A DNA stretch of 64,000 nucleotides from Ramazzottius varieornatus (lineage: Eukaryota; Animalia; Tardigrada): positions 1,524,725-1,588,724 of the forward strand of contig BDGG01000003.1 in the NCBI GenBank assembly GCA_001949185.1. Reading direction: 5' to 3'. Under the pieces are notes generated by a model. It searched no databases. It worked only from the letters and a program-made list of their open reading frames with translations, and was not told the origin of the DNA. The stretch's first letter is position 1. Each line of letters begins with the position of its first letter. A program made the translations under genes and the position numbers. Below are positions 12,855 through 25,067 of this stretch, piece after piece.

Positions 12855-14675
12855 ATGACTGACGGGTACGAGAGTGAAGAATGGGCCGCCGAACGGACAA
12901 ACGGGGAACCGAAACCTTCAGCAGTGGACTTCAGTCATCTTTGCAGAGTGCTGGATCCGACGGAATCAGAAACGACGTTATGGCACAAGATTGTCGATCG
13001 TAAAACCCACATAGTCCTGTTCTTCCAAGTACAATATCTATCCTGCAAGCCAAGAATATCCAAGTCCGTGCAAATTACGCGTGGAAAGCTACCTGGCATT
13101 CGAGAGGTGCTCAAGCCAGTAGTTTACCTTGGCGACCACGAGTTACCTGCCTCCTTTGTCGAATCCACCTTCGGACGCTGTTACCTCCTTTCGCTCGATG
13201 AAATCTCTGAACTACTCAAGTTGGTCGAATGCGCGGATGTGTCGCAGTTTGAGGACCAAGATGGAGACGGTGGCTCCGGGCAGTCGCGCAGCAAGTAAGT
13301 CGAAATAGTTTTTGGCTACCATTTGGACCAAGTTCGCAGTGAATAACACGTGATGTCATATTATTCGAGGAGGCGTAGCAAAGTATATTGCCAAGGGGGA
13401 GTATAATAATCATGACGTTACTTTGCCGTGACGTCGACGTCTGTATTTGGTATTGTGTCACACAAAACAATGACGTGTCCAGAACGCAAAAATTAATAGT
13501 TTCCCCATGATTTCCCAGGTTTGAATTGGACCCAGCTGCACAACGACTGACCGCTATTCTGTCACAGCCAAGTGATGCGTCGAGCTCTGTCAGAAAAAGA
13601 GCTACAAAGAGAGCTGGAAGCTCGTCTGACTACCGGTCCAGCGACGATGGTTTCGGCATGCTTCCGCAGACCAGCGACGGGGAGGAATTTCTCGACGAAA
13701 AGTCGGTCCAATCTGAAGCACAGGAAGAGGGCGATGGAGACAAGTTCGAAGTCATTCCGCAGCTCCAGTCAAAGCAGAGGTTCGATTATGTCCGATCCAA
13801 ACGTGGGAAAAGTGCGCTGAGGAAAATCACTGACAAGAAGAGACCCCGGATAGGAGAAGTCAAACTACCTTTCTCGAAGAATCCACCTGCTGACCTCTTC
13901 GTACTATCCTCGAGTTTTCTGAGTGAGTAAAGCTTTTGGGAGTTGAACGAGTGACATGAAGCACATCGTTTCCGCCAGTCGCGCACGGTCCACGCTAAGA
14001 GCAACGAGAACGTGCGCCACTTGAGGTGACGACTTGGTTCGTCTCCTTTGTCTAGCTCTCACATCACGATGAGGTAGTGAGTGTGGCTGTTTCGTGAAAA
14101 CCAGATGTGATACTTGCAGAAGGCGGAACGAACTACTGGACGCAGCCCGGAGAAGGTCGGATACAATTACGTCCGGGCTACGATGTTTATGTTCACCAGA
14201 ACGTACGAGGAGTCCTTTTTATTTCGTACATTTTCTTCTCATCTTAGTCTACTAGTTTTCTTTTTAGGTGCTGGAAGACTTGAAATCGTGTTATGGTCCA
14301 CAGAAGAAAAAGTGGAGTGTATACGCCACGCATTTGGTTGGGCATCTGATCGGTGGTTACGATAGCTACTTCCGGACGAAAAAGCCCAAGGAGGGGGTCG
14401 CTCAAGCTCTGGGCCACGATGCCTTGAACGCGCTTTGCGGTATGAATATCCACGCTCTAGAAAATATTACCTGTTAAACCATACACGTACAATACTTGGT
14501 TTCAGGTCACGTTACTGAAGTCTTCAATCGGGAGATATGCAAATCAGACATCCTCAGGGTAGGGAACAGAGCTCTCTCGGGCCGTGCGGGTAGGTCTCGC
14601 ACGGTGCAAATCCAGGAAACAAGAGAACCCGAAGATCGCTCTGCTGAAAACCATGAAGAGCCCGACGAGACATGA
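12855..14675 (+). CDS. Paralog D: unassigned N-terminal domain + 1 BEN-like domain
   Basis: VDFSHLCRVLDPTESETTLWHKIVDRK; exon 2 FELDPAAQRLTAIL; NYWTQPGEGRIQLRPGYDVYVHQN|VLEDLKSCYGP..WSVYATHLVGHLIGGY; TGA at 14673-14675. Confidence 0.8.
13938..14060. mobile_element. Family X palindromic element (degenerate)
   Basis: GGGAGTTG...GTCGCGCAC(13978)-N25-GTGCGCCAC...AGCTCTC, 123 bp; lies in the intron before the BEN exon of paralog D. Confidence 0.7.
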
Positions 14676-16056
14676 GTCTCTGCTTTTCTGATAGTTTCTG
14701 ACGGACCGACTTTACGATGATATTGAAGTATTATTTCTACCTGCACCTTCTTTGCCTAAAAATACAGCACCTATCAGTTGATCAAAATTACGATTCGCGC
14801 GTGGTTCTGTCCTTGATCGCTGTGGAAGACGCACACGCGCAAGAGCGTTAGACGGAAAGTGCTATGGGAGGGGTGTAGCGACGCATCAGCATCTAGCATT
14901 TTCGAACACTGAATTCGCAACAACAGGAAACGTTAAACTTTGCGTGCGGCATACCGGAACAGCGGCTCTTGACAAGGGACGCAGGGATCTGAGAAGGTCC
15001 GAAAGGGCAAAAAAATTGTGGGCCTTTAGGCTTTGACGCGCTCGGACTCTGAGTAAACCTATTTGTTTTAAGGTTTAGTTCTGGTTAGTTCTGGTTTCTC
15101 TACGTACAGTTTTCCACCGAAAACGCGTGGTCGTAACTCTTTTACTTGTCTCAGTTTCTAATAAAGTAGCAGCAAAATTTTCGGGCAAATGAAGCGAATG
15201 TAATGATTCTCCGTGGCCGTCGCTGGTCGATGCTGCGAGATCGAAAGGGTTGGGTTGAAGAATAAGGGCCAGGCTTGGTAATTTCATTGGTTGAGTTGCC
15301 GTTCGTGGTGCACGCCATAATGGGCGCGCATGAGCTAGACAGTCACGCACTACACAACATGCCACAGTGTTCTGTTAACCAGATTTACGCCCGTTATGCA
15401 AGACAAAGCACCATACTTCGTGCCCAGTAACTTCTTTCGACTCCACCCACAAGCTCACATGATTGGCCCTCCCGATTTCACTGCCTCGGCCTCGGAGAAG
15501 CGGCCATTTGCCCAACAGTTTTAGTCTGCAGGGTCTGATAGAAACTCGGTGTTCTGTTGAAGAGAAATGCGCAGCCGACCAGACATCGGGAAACAAACGT
15601 CTGGGAGACGAAGTCCGAAGTCCTCTTCGCGCGAAGCTCAGAATTCCGGCATCACCTGGTGACCTGGACATCCATCGCTCTGGACCTTGATCATCTTCCC
15701 ATCGGAATGTCGTATGTCCCCAGCTCGTCCACCATGAGCAGTAAGTTTACTGCGCTCTCGAAATATCACGCTTTGCCACGGAATAAATCAATCTTTCTAG
15801 TTATGGGAAGAGTGCTGCTCCGCAAGATTTTTCAACCGACTTTCCTTACGGTCCCTTCTCGAAGTAGCTCATGTAGGTAGATCCACTGTGACTTTTATGT
15901 GCTCTGTCCAAAGTTTTGTACGACTCGGAGACGTCTAAAGTCCACGGTAGAATTGCTGACGACTGTCCGATCCGAACTGATTTTATCAGCGTGAGGCAGC
16001 ACTTCTTCCACATAGATTCTTAGCAAAATTCTCCCTCGTCGTAAACACCAGTCAGA

Positions 16057-17406
16057 ATGTCTACCCTCCAAACGCTGAGTATCGTGCTGTATTTTATCAT
16101 GGTTTTGGTTACAGCTCTTCCACCGGATTATCAGGACCTCACCGCGGACGAGAAGCAGCGCTTGCTCTGGAAAAATGTCGTTTCGAACCCGTATTCCCTG
16201 TCCAACCTGCCCACCAATCAACCCAGCGCTCTTTGGGTCACTCAGCTCCTAAACCCGATCTACGATAGACCCAGCTTCGTCACCGAATCGGATGAAATGC
16301 CGGAAGGTCGTGTGAAAATTATCCATACGTACGGCAGTGTCGCCAAAGTGGAGCTGCGCATCACGCAGAACTCTTCCTTCACTGGCATCTTTCGTTCCGG
16401 TGGGATAGGCCTTGCTCGACTTTCCTTAGCTCGGCAGAACGACGCTAACTTTATTCCAGGTCAGTCAGAGCTTTTTCGTACATTGTATCGGCAGTGGAAT
16501 TTTCTTTAGGTCGGGCAACGGAACGCAGTCACTTTCATTTACCTGGACACCAACAGTCTCTATTTTAATACGGTACGCGAGTATGCAGGTAACTGAAGCG
16601 CGTTTACCGTCATTCACCTCTATACTGTACAGTAATCTCGGTGATAATGTGCTCCGTCAGTGTGCAGGTGTTCGAGAGGGTTACTGCGTTGTTTGGCCGA
16701 CGTTTTGTTGATGGCTGGCCTTCCGACATGAAATTTCATTGCAATGTTCGTGGTTCGTAAAATGTTTGTTATTCTTCTGCAGCGATGGCATTGAAGGTTC
16801 TGGTCGATGGAAGACGCTCGCAAAACTTTCACGTGATGAACGCTTTGCAAGGCCAGGGACTCGACCGAAACTTTTTCTCGAAGGACTTCTACAACGTGGT
16901 GGACGATACCAACTCATTTGCCGTCAACGCTTTCATCAAAAGCTCTTCAGGACCAATTGCCCTGCTTCCTGGCAGCAGGCAGGACAAACCAGAAGACCTG
17001 GGTAATCTGGGCCTGGTGGAAGAAGCAGCTGTGACGTCAGAAGGCGCAGTCGTCGAGGTACGTAACTTGAAATCAAATCGGAAGTGCAATGTTCTCCCAG
17101 GCGGAGAAAAACGTTTTTGGATCTGTTGAATCGTGTGTCCTATTCCAGAATATCTTAGCGCCGTACAAGGTAACCTTCGTCCCGAATGGTTCTATCGGCT
17201 GGGATCCGCACACCAAGGAGGATCTTCGCGTTCACTTGGACAGGATACCGGAAGGAACGGTACTGTATACGGTCTGTGCTCGACGAACCAGGACGTCGCA
17301 CGATGAATTACTTGGAGAGTTAGTCCTCCAAAGTAAATTTGTGGCGTCGCCGTATGGAGATGAGGTGCTCTTCTTCCAACATGCTAGCAAACGCTGGCAT
17401 CCGTAG
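16057..17406 (+). CDS. Secreted catalase-like (heme-catalase fold) protein, 3 exons
   Basis: Signal peptide MSTLQTLSIVLYFIMVLVTA; motifs RVKIIHTYG, GLARLS, MALKV, NFHVMN are colinear with catalase RxxHxxG, RFS, GFAVK and the distal Asn. Exons 16057-16459, 16783-17057, 17149-17406. Confidence 0.65.
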
Positions 17407-17754
17407 GAAAGTTTTGAGCCACTTTCCTCGTGTTCTCAATTTTACTTCTGTTGTCTTTTTACTCAAATTTCATCATGCTGTGATTTTTCAATGGATTTCG
17501 CCTCTGTCTCTTTTTGATCCTTTCATCAGATTCTGTAATTCCTTAGTTCTTGTTTTACTCTGATAATTTATACATCATACTTCCGGGTTCGGTTACATTG
17601 CAAGAATTTGTCCGCAGTCTACCAGAGGAAAAACGTAAAAGAACATTGGTCCCAACCATTAAATACCAGAACTGCATCGATACAATCAGGAACTTGAATA
17701 AGTTATTAAGTTTTATCTCGAAGGAATGAGTGAAAAGGCACCGTATTCAGATGT

Positions 17755-20505
17755 TTATTCGTCGTCGGAATCGGCCGCGGTCATTTTCAGCTTGGCTATT
17801 TCCTCTTCCAAATCAGCGACTCTCGGTTTAGTTGCCCCCTCCTTCTCTTCTTTCATAGCCAGATAGGCCGCCGCTTCCGTTTCTTCCAAATCCAATTTTA
17901 ACTGGTCCTTCTCGACCTTGACCTTAGCGACTTCCCTCGTCAAGAAGTCCGCCACTTCTTTCTCATCGATATTCTGTATCCAGACACAATAGCTGATAAT
18001 ATATAGATCATTTAGAATATAGCGATTCTCTTGGGTGGACCCGAACATCTTGCGGATAGCCAGCAGGCACTTCAACAGTGCCCATCGACCAAGACCGAAG
18101 ATTGCCTGGACATCTTTCACCACTAACGTCGCCAGCTCAAAGTTACGGTACAGCGGAAAGCAAAGACTTCGGCGAAAGCAGGACAGCAAAGCGGCTTCAG
18201 CTGAGGGGAGCGAGTCCAGGCAGGACAAGGCAGGAGACAGTTTGGCCACGGTCCAGGAAGATTCCACCTGTAAAACTGAAGACATTCCCGAAAATTGGAC
18301 AAAAAGCGAGGTGTTTCACCGAATCGAAACCACGATCTCCACCTCGGCGTCGTGAGAAACCGCTCTACTGTCCGGCATGATACAACAGTTTTGAAATTCT
18401 CCTGTTTAATTACTAGAGAGGTTGATACGGAACTCTAGCAGCGCCAGAAATCCGAGTAGCGCAAGACTTTGGCCCCTCCCATTTCTTACTGTAATCGGCT
18501 GAGGTTGAGACCCGCTACGCGATCCAGCCGACTAGCGTAACTTCTCCGGAAGGTTTTGCAAAACCTCCATCAATTTTCGTAATTAATGACTTTTTGGTAA
18601 AATACGATGTCGAATCACACGAAGCTTCCACTTCTAATACAGCAACGGAAAAAGTATGTTCAGTTCCGACTGCTTAAAGCTCAAGTGAATCTTGATACGA
18701 AAAGAAGCATTTGAAGGCAAAGAAATATCCAGAAAGTGGCAAATGCCATAGTTAGAGACACAGTTCTTATTATGGCAAGAGTCACAGTTGAAGTTGCAGT
18801 CTCATCGAATTTTCGGAAGCCACAGTTACACCCGCAGTCAAACTGAGATTTTCGTTGTTTTCTAGGTTGACAAAGTCAGTCAAGCGTGCAGTCGTTGCTA
18901 CAGTTTGACGAATAATTAATAATCGACGTTAAACCCTGAAAGATGCAGATAGAGGGGCAGTTAGCACCTCGGTGGGACGTCTTGAAAACAAATCTGAGGT
19001 TTTGAAAAACTTTTGGGAAGAAATACACACAGAAAAGCTTAGTTGGAACGTTACTCGGATTTCTTACGCACTCCAGTAACGGCTCATATGCCTTACTCGG
19101 GAATTCAGCACCGAGCACATTAGTGGGTTCAGTCGGTTCGGCTCCGCCCACGTGCTCCCTTTCAATTGGCTCATTCCTACGCTAATCCGATTTCTTGCTC
19201 TGCTCGAGCGCCCTATCAACCTCTGAACTGTACTTTACATTTATGTGGCCACCAGCATGCACTGCGCTTACCGTTGGCTCGCCAAGGGTGATGCGGTGAT
19301 CGTACGCGAAGCTGAAGACTAATTCCGCCAGCGTGTTCCATGTTGCCCGTAAATTTTCAGGATGGACATGTAGGTGCTGTCGAGGTAACTCTTTCAGAAT
19401 ATCGAGCTCTTCTTCCGTGTATCGCCCATGCAGAGCGACGTCGACGGGCGAAGTGGGCTGGTCCTTCCACCACGGCTTGTAATCCATTACCTCGTGGATT
19501 TCCTCATTACAAAACATATCTGCCCTGCATCCAGAAATACCCGAATTAACTGAAAAATCAAGAGAACAATACAGTTATCTTTTTACAAATAATGGTCTGG
19601 GTCGAAGGCTTCCAGTTCAATTTTTTCTCGAATTGCGTGGACTTCTTCGGAAGACAGACTATCGACGTCTTTGATGTCGATCACCATGCGTAACTCTTCG
19701 GTTAGTCCGTGGAAGACTCCGGACTGTTGTAAACCGAAGCCATATTTATGTGGAACGTGGACAGGTGCGGAGGTGGGAGGCTGAACAGTTCCACCGTCTG
19801 TTTCTAAAGCTGGAGGAATGGTTTGCGGGTAATGCCAGTCGAACCCAGCGGCGATACTCGCCACGCTTTCCTTCGTCGGGTCGTAGTTTTCGGTGACAGG
19901 AGTGACGAAAGCAGCGTCCAGCTCTTCGATGGTCTTAATTCTCCATGAGCCTGGTGGAGTGAGGAGCTTTGTGATCATTTCCAGGTCTGGGAAGTGAGTG
20001 CCAGGAGCTTTCTTGCGCATTCGAATGTCGAACGTGGCTGAGAAAATGAAAATCAGGTTTTTATTTGACCCAATCAACTTATATGATAAGCGTACCTTCT
20101 GCTGCTTGATAATCCGTTTCGACATCCTCTTCCACCACATCACCCGTTAGGTACAGCCTGTCAACGTGAAAATGGTGCGTCAGTTTTAATACACGAAAAT
20201 ATCCACTTTCGGTGGATATCAAACTATCGCTTCACCGTACCTCAGATGATACGGCTTGGAGTAGAAATACAGCTCGTTGCTGACGACCTCAACTTCCGTC
20301 TCGGATATCTGCAAAACCAATCATAGCATTGGATCATGGAAGAATACTGCAACGTTGGCTTTGGCATCGAATTTCTCCGACAGTTGCTGCGACTTCCGGC
20401 GCAGCGGCACACGAACACGAGTCGATTTACCTTAGCAAAAGGAACACGGATGTGCACGATTAGGTGCCTTTCATTCTGGCTCAAGGTGAATCTCGGGGTT
20501 AACAT
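17755..20505 (-). CDS. SHQ1: H/ACA RNP assembly factor SHQ1
   Basis: MLTPRFTLSQ.., FDPDHYL, AYDHRITLGEPTVESSWTVAKLSP, RRSLCFPLYRNF, YILNDLYI. Confidence 0.93.
18416..19225. mobile_element. Old ~810-bp TIR element in SHQ1 intron
   Basis: ~50-bp imperfect inverted ends AGAGGTTGATA..AGCAG..AGAAATC..TAGCG; no TSD found. Confidence 0.55.
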
Positions 20506-22220
20506 CCTGTGAGAATGAGGAATCAAACTGGATCACGGGAAGATCCCGGTGGGAAAGATGGGCGGTCAGGGGACGGGATAAAATTTCGGAACGAGAATAT
20601 TTATTCTCGGAATTCGAGCGTTCCCAAAACCACAACAATCACTGTTCGGTCTGCTCGTGCGTTCCTTATGGCGCTCCGTTGAGGGAATCCGCCAGCATTC
20701 CGCATCCGACGCAGTGTTCCGCAGGTAAACCCTTGTTGAAGTACCGAACGCCTTGCCATGACACCCGGTCTCTTGGTGCGGCGAGCGGTGCCCAAACGTT
20801 TTGCGAGAGCTCCGCCCAAAAGACCGGCCTTCCAGCGGAGCTTCAGAGAGAATCATAGACCCCTTGAGTCATCGTAGAAAGCTGTTCAGGCATTCCAAAG
20901 CCCTTAAACTGGGGCAAACTATGGCAAGCCTGAGCTTATGGCGGAAGATCAAAGAGAAATCTCTTGGCACCGAAAGTTGTCTCTACCATTAGTCATCTGC
21001 TGTACGGACAGGCATAGTGCATTATTATAGCCTGTTGATCGTGCAGTGCCGTCAAGTGATACTATCAACAGGGTCATCAATTCCGTATTAATCAATACGC
21101 CAAAATCTTTGAATGATTAGTACAGAATTGATTGATCCAATGCGAAATCATGACTCATCAAAATCTTGGAAAACTTCGCCAAAAAAATTAGAAAAATCAG
21201 AAAATTTCGGGGAATCATCCTAAGTAAAGGATCGTGCTGACTACAGCTCGAGCTTCTTCTGATAAGATTGCGATTCAAAATCCCTTGGGTATGCTTGGTA
21301 ATTTCAGGCTAAATTCAGCACTCAGCAGTGAGCAGCACCGTAAGCAATTGTGTCAGAGAGTACGAGGTGAGCGACATAATTCGGGTTCGGATGTAAAGTG
21401 CATGCACTCGTTCAACGAGCACGATGGCACGCACATGCCAGAGCACGGAATCTGGCCGCATGCGCTGTACTGCACTGCAGCTGTGCTGTGCTGCAGCGCA
21501 TGAACTGACGAAATTTGTGCATACAGCAGAAAGCCATAGACCACCGCGCAGATGCACCTACCGAAACCTGACAAAAATTAAAGTTTTTGGGCATTCGAAC
21601 GTCAGCCGTTTAAGCTTTGCCGTACTTTAGGGCAACGTTCTCCAGGTTGACTACCAATTTCACTGACTGAATTACAAACCAACTCAATACATTGGCGTTC
21701 CGCGCAGTTGCACCAGGTCAACGTGCATCTGCAGCACTGCTGCTTAGCCACTGGGCATGAAAGTTGTGCAGCACAGCGCAGCGTACAGCGCCCTGGTAAT
21801 GTGCGCAGCACAGTTGCAGCGTACTTTCGGACCTGCGGCCCAGTGCCCTAGCACATCCAAGCTGTCAGCTGTTTATGCAATGGAACTTGGTGAGCAGGCC
21901 GTTTTGTGATCATGTTCCAGCCTAACCTCGTGCGTTTTCGAGCAAGTTCAGAAACCCTCTCTTGCTAGAGACAATCTTGTCTTGTCCAGCCGAAGATAGA
22001 CCAGTTCTTCAGGATTACTTTAGTGTATTGGCTGGGTTGACCCGAAACCCAAAGATGAGATATGGCGCGAACACAGTTCGCCAAAATGGCCGAGCCTGAG
22101 AGCGAGTTGGGCTCAATCAGACAATCAGTGCTGGCCAAACATGCCAGAACGACAAATTCGAAAGCGCTCTGTTTTGTACTATACGGCCTGTCTTGGTCCA
22201 GGCATCGTTCCGTGACAGAC

Positions 22221-22276
22221 TGACGTCATACGGCTGATTGGTGGTTGTAGAGCGTTCGCCCCTGTACATGACGTCA
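22221..22276. promoter_or_regulatory. Paired CRE-like TGACGTCA sites flanking an inverted CCAAT, upstream of POLR2F
   Basis: TGACGTCA at 22221 and 22269 with ATTGG between them. Confidence 0.45.
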
Positions 22277-22397
22277 TGTCGCTGGCTAATCGTGCCAAGG
22301 CCGTGCAGCCAATATAATGCGCTGCCTCTTCGTATAGCTATATCCCGGATATCTTTCCTACCTTTTGTCCTGTGCTAGTACTCTTAAGTCTCAAGTC

Positions 22398-22874
22398 ATG
22401 GATGATGATTACGAAGCCGGAGATGACTTTGGAGGAGATGATTACGAGCCAGCTGACGAGGACATCGAGCCAGACGTGCAGCAGGACGACCAACAGGATC
22501 CTGTCGAGGTAATCTCACCAGTACCAGCCTGGTATTCCGGAATACCTGGGGGGGTTAACAGAACTATATGGCAACTTGGTTTTGCCGATTTTCAGGTGGT
22601 TACCAGTGGTGTTGTCCATCCTACTCCCAAAGAAAAGCGCATCACGACACCCTACATGACCAAGTACGAAAGAGCGCGCGTGTTAGGGACGCGTGCACTG
22701 CAAATTGCCATGAATGCCCCCATCATGGTCGAAATCAAGAACGAGACGGACCCTCTAGAAATCGCCAAGAAGGAGCTAAAGGTCGGGAAGATCCCCATGA
22801 TTGTTCGACGATACCTTCCAGACGGCACATTCGAAGACTGGAGCGTCGAAGAGTTGATTGTTACCGACAACTGA
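22398..22874 (+). CDS. POLR2F: RNA polymerase I/II/III subunit RPB6
   Basis: [40 protein letters not shown]; intron 22509-22595. Confidence 0.97.
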   Translation: MDDDYEAGDDFGGDDYEPADEDIEPDVQQDDQQDPVEVISPVPAWYSGIPGGVNRTIWQLGFADFQVVTSGVVHPTPKEKRITTPYMTKYERARVLGTRALQIAMNAPIMVEIKNETDPLEIAKKELKVGKIPMIVRRYLPDGTFEDWSVEELIVTDN

Positions 22875-23693
22875 ACGACGGAGGGCGTTCAGTCTTCTCT
22901 TTGTCAGTTTTCTTTCTTCTGGTTCTCTCCCCATAGAGCCAGAGACAATAAGTGACTCTGGACTGCTTCTGCGAGATAGCGGACATGGATTGTGGACTTA
23001 TGGTACGGATTTGACAAGTTTTTTTTCATTTGTGTTGTAGGAGGCTTTTTTCCGGCCACTTTGCTCTCACAACTCGGAACTCTTCGAAATCTCGATCTTT
23101 CGTGTTTCCGCTGATTAGAGAACTACACGGGGTCTCTTGTGCCTCTGAATTTTCACCTCGACTAGTAATAATATCTTTGGAGAAATAACTGTATGCTGAA
23201 AGAATGCACTTCCGGTTACAATCGTTTGGCGTCTTAACGGTCTTATGGTGTGGCAGGCTTGTTCTCATATGGAGTCAGCTATCAATCAAGACAGGTGGGT
23301 AAGTCATCAATTGCTAATCAACCGAAGTGTCTGTCTACTGTTGCAACCCTTTTTATCCCACTCGTATCCCACTGTAAATTAACCAAGACTCCAAGAGCAA
23401 GTCGGAAGTTGAACGGAAAAGTTGCAACTTGCCAGAGCTCTTCTTGGAACTTACGGCAGCGTATCAGACAAAACTCTTTTACCGCCAACTAAAAACGGAC
23501 TAAGGGGAAGAAGAAAGGATCCTAGACAAGCAGGAGATATCTACGTAAAAGAGAAACAGAAAGTACAGTGTGGTCTAATTATTTCAGCATAAATAAGGAG
23601 AATACGTTCATCAACGCAGTAAAGATGTCAAGGTTATCTTCTAAAAAACTGGTAGTTGTGAAGCGATAAACGGCCTCTTCAATAGAAAATGTG

Positions 23694-24167
23694 TCAGACA
23701 TCATCGACGTCTACTTCGTCCTGTTCATCCGAGCTTTCGTCCGATTCTGAGCCTCCACCAGCCGCGTCATCGAACATGATACCATCATCCATTCCTTCTT
23801 CCACAAAGGTGGTGTTTTCGTTAATCTTGGCTGACTCGGGAATTTCACCGTATGACTTGAGGAGACGCGCTTCTTCGGGGAAGTATTTCATGATGACATC
23901 AGCTTTGCCGTCTTGGAAGTCACGCAAGCCAACGAGGATGATATCACCTTGATTTATCCAGACTTTCTTTCGCAGCTTCCCACGAATGTGACATAGTCGT
24001 TTCGTCCCGTCAAAACATACCGCCTCCACACGACCATTTCCCAGCATCTTAATGACCTGTGCGTACTCCTGACCATCTTCCTTGAAGACCAACTCGCGCT
24101 TGTCGTTTTCATTCTCGTTCTTTCCACGGCGACGATTCTTTCCTCCCTTTCCTTTATTCTTCGGCAT
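23694..24167 (-). CDS. EIF1A: Translation initiation factor eIF1A (intronless CDS)
   Basis: [33 protein letters not shown]. Confidence 0.98.
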   Translation of the reverse strand: MPKNKGKGGKNRRRGKNENENDKRELVFKEDGQEYAQVIKMLGNGRVEAVCFDGTKRLCHIRGKLRKKVWINQGDIILVGLRDFQDGKADVIMKYFPEEARLLKSYGEIPESAKINENTTFVEEGMDDGIMFDDAAGGGSESDESSDEQDEVDVDDV

Positions 24168-25067
24168 GATAGATCCTTCGAAGACAACCGTTCAACAAGC
24201 TTCTTTCTCGAAGTCGTCTTCTACAACTATTGAACACAGAAACAAAACCAGTCACCAGCCAGGAATCTCCGACAGTTACACAGCAAGAAACAGATCAGAT
24301 CGATGGAGGAGAAGGTCTTCAAGAGAACGTCAGCTGGAAAATGTCGAAATGAAATTAATTTATTTTTGAATCAACGCGACGCGTATCGATAACGACACGA
24401 ATATCGGCTCGACCACGCAGAGTTGACAGCGACGAGTCGACCTCGACTTGTCATCGATCACTTGATTGATTGGTTTATTGACTTGGTTACGGCGCATGAT
24501 TCTCACCAAACAGGTGGCGCCAGGCGGTGCAACAGCAGCTCGCAACAGGAGATTCAGGAAGAAACTCTCATCCGACTGCATATACAGAGGGTCCAAAGGT
24601 AGGATTCTTGAGCTTTCGACCACGCACATTGAACTGCAGTTTTTCTTGCTGATTGGGATTGTACCCAGTTTTCTACATGGCACTTGGTACAAAAGTGGAC
24701 CTGGTGGAGAACTCGACGATGGCGCGGCCTACGATTCCACTGCAAATACTGTACCGAGTTGCAGTTGGACTTCGGATGTTCCCGGGGTGAAAGTACGAAC
24801 CTCAAGCCAAAAAACTCAGGGAAGCTACTTCGACGAGTAGGAAGTCAGGTGAATAATCTGACCGTGAAATCAGAAAAGGACTGACCGGATGAGATTTCAA
24901 ACTGCAGATACCGTGAGATGTATCACCGATTCACACCGAAGGCGATTTCCTGCAGTTCGCATCGTTCAAGTGTGGGACGTTCGTTCGGCAAGATTGACAG
25001 GACGTCAAGCCTTCTTAGTCTCTAGACTATCCCCTTCTAACTGATTTTAGAATTCTTCGGGACTGGG

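Noticed and set aside
24360-24884. ORFs between eIF1A and ELOVL
   Set aside because: No recognisable domain or splice support; probably promoter/5'UTR.
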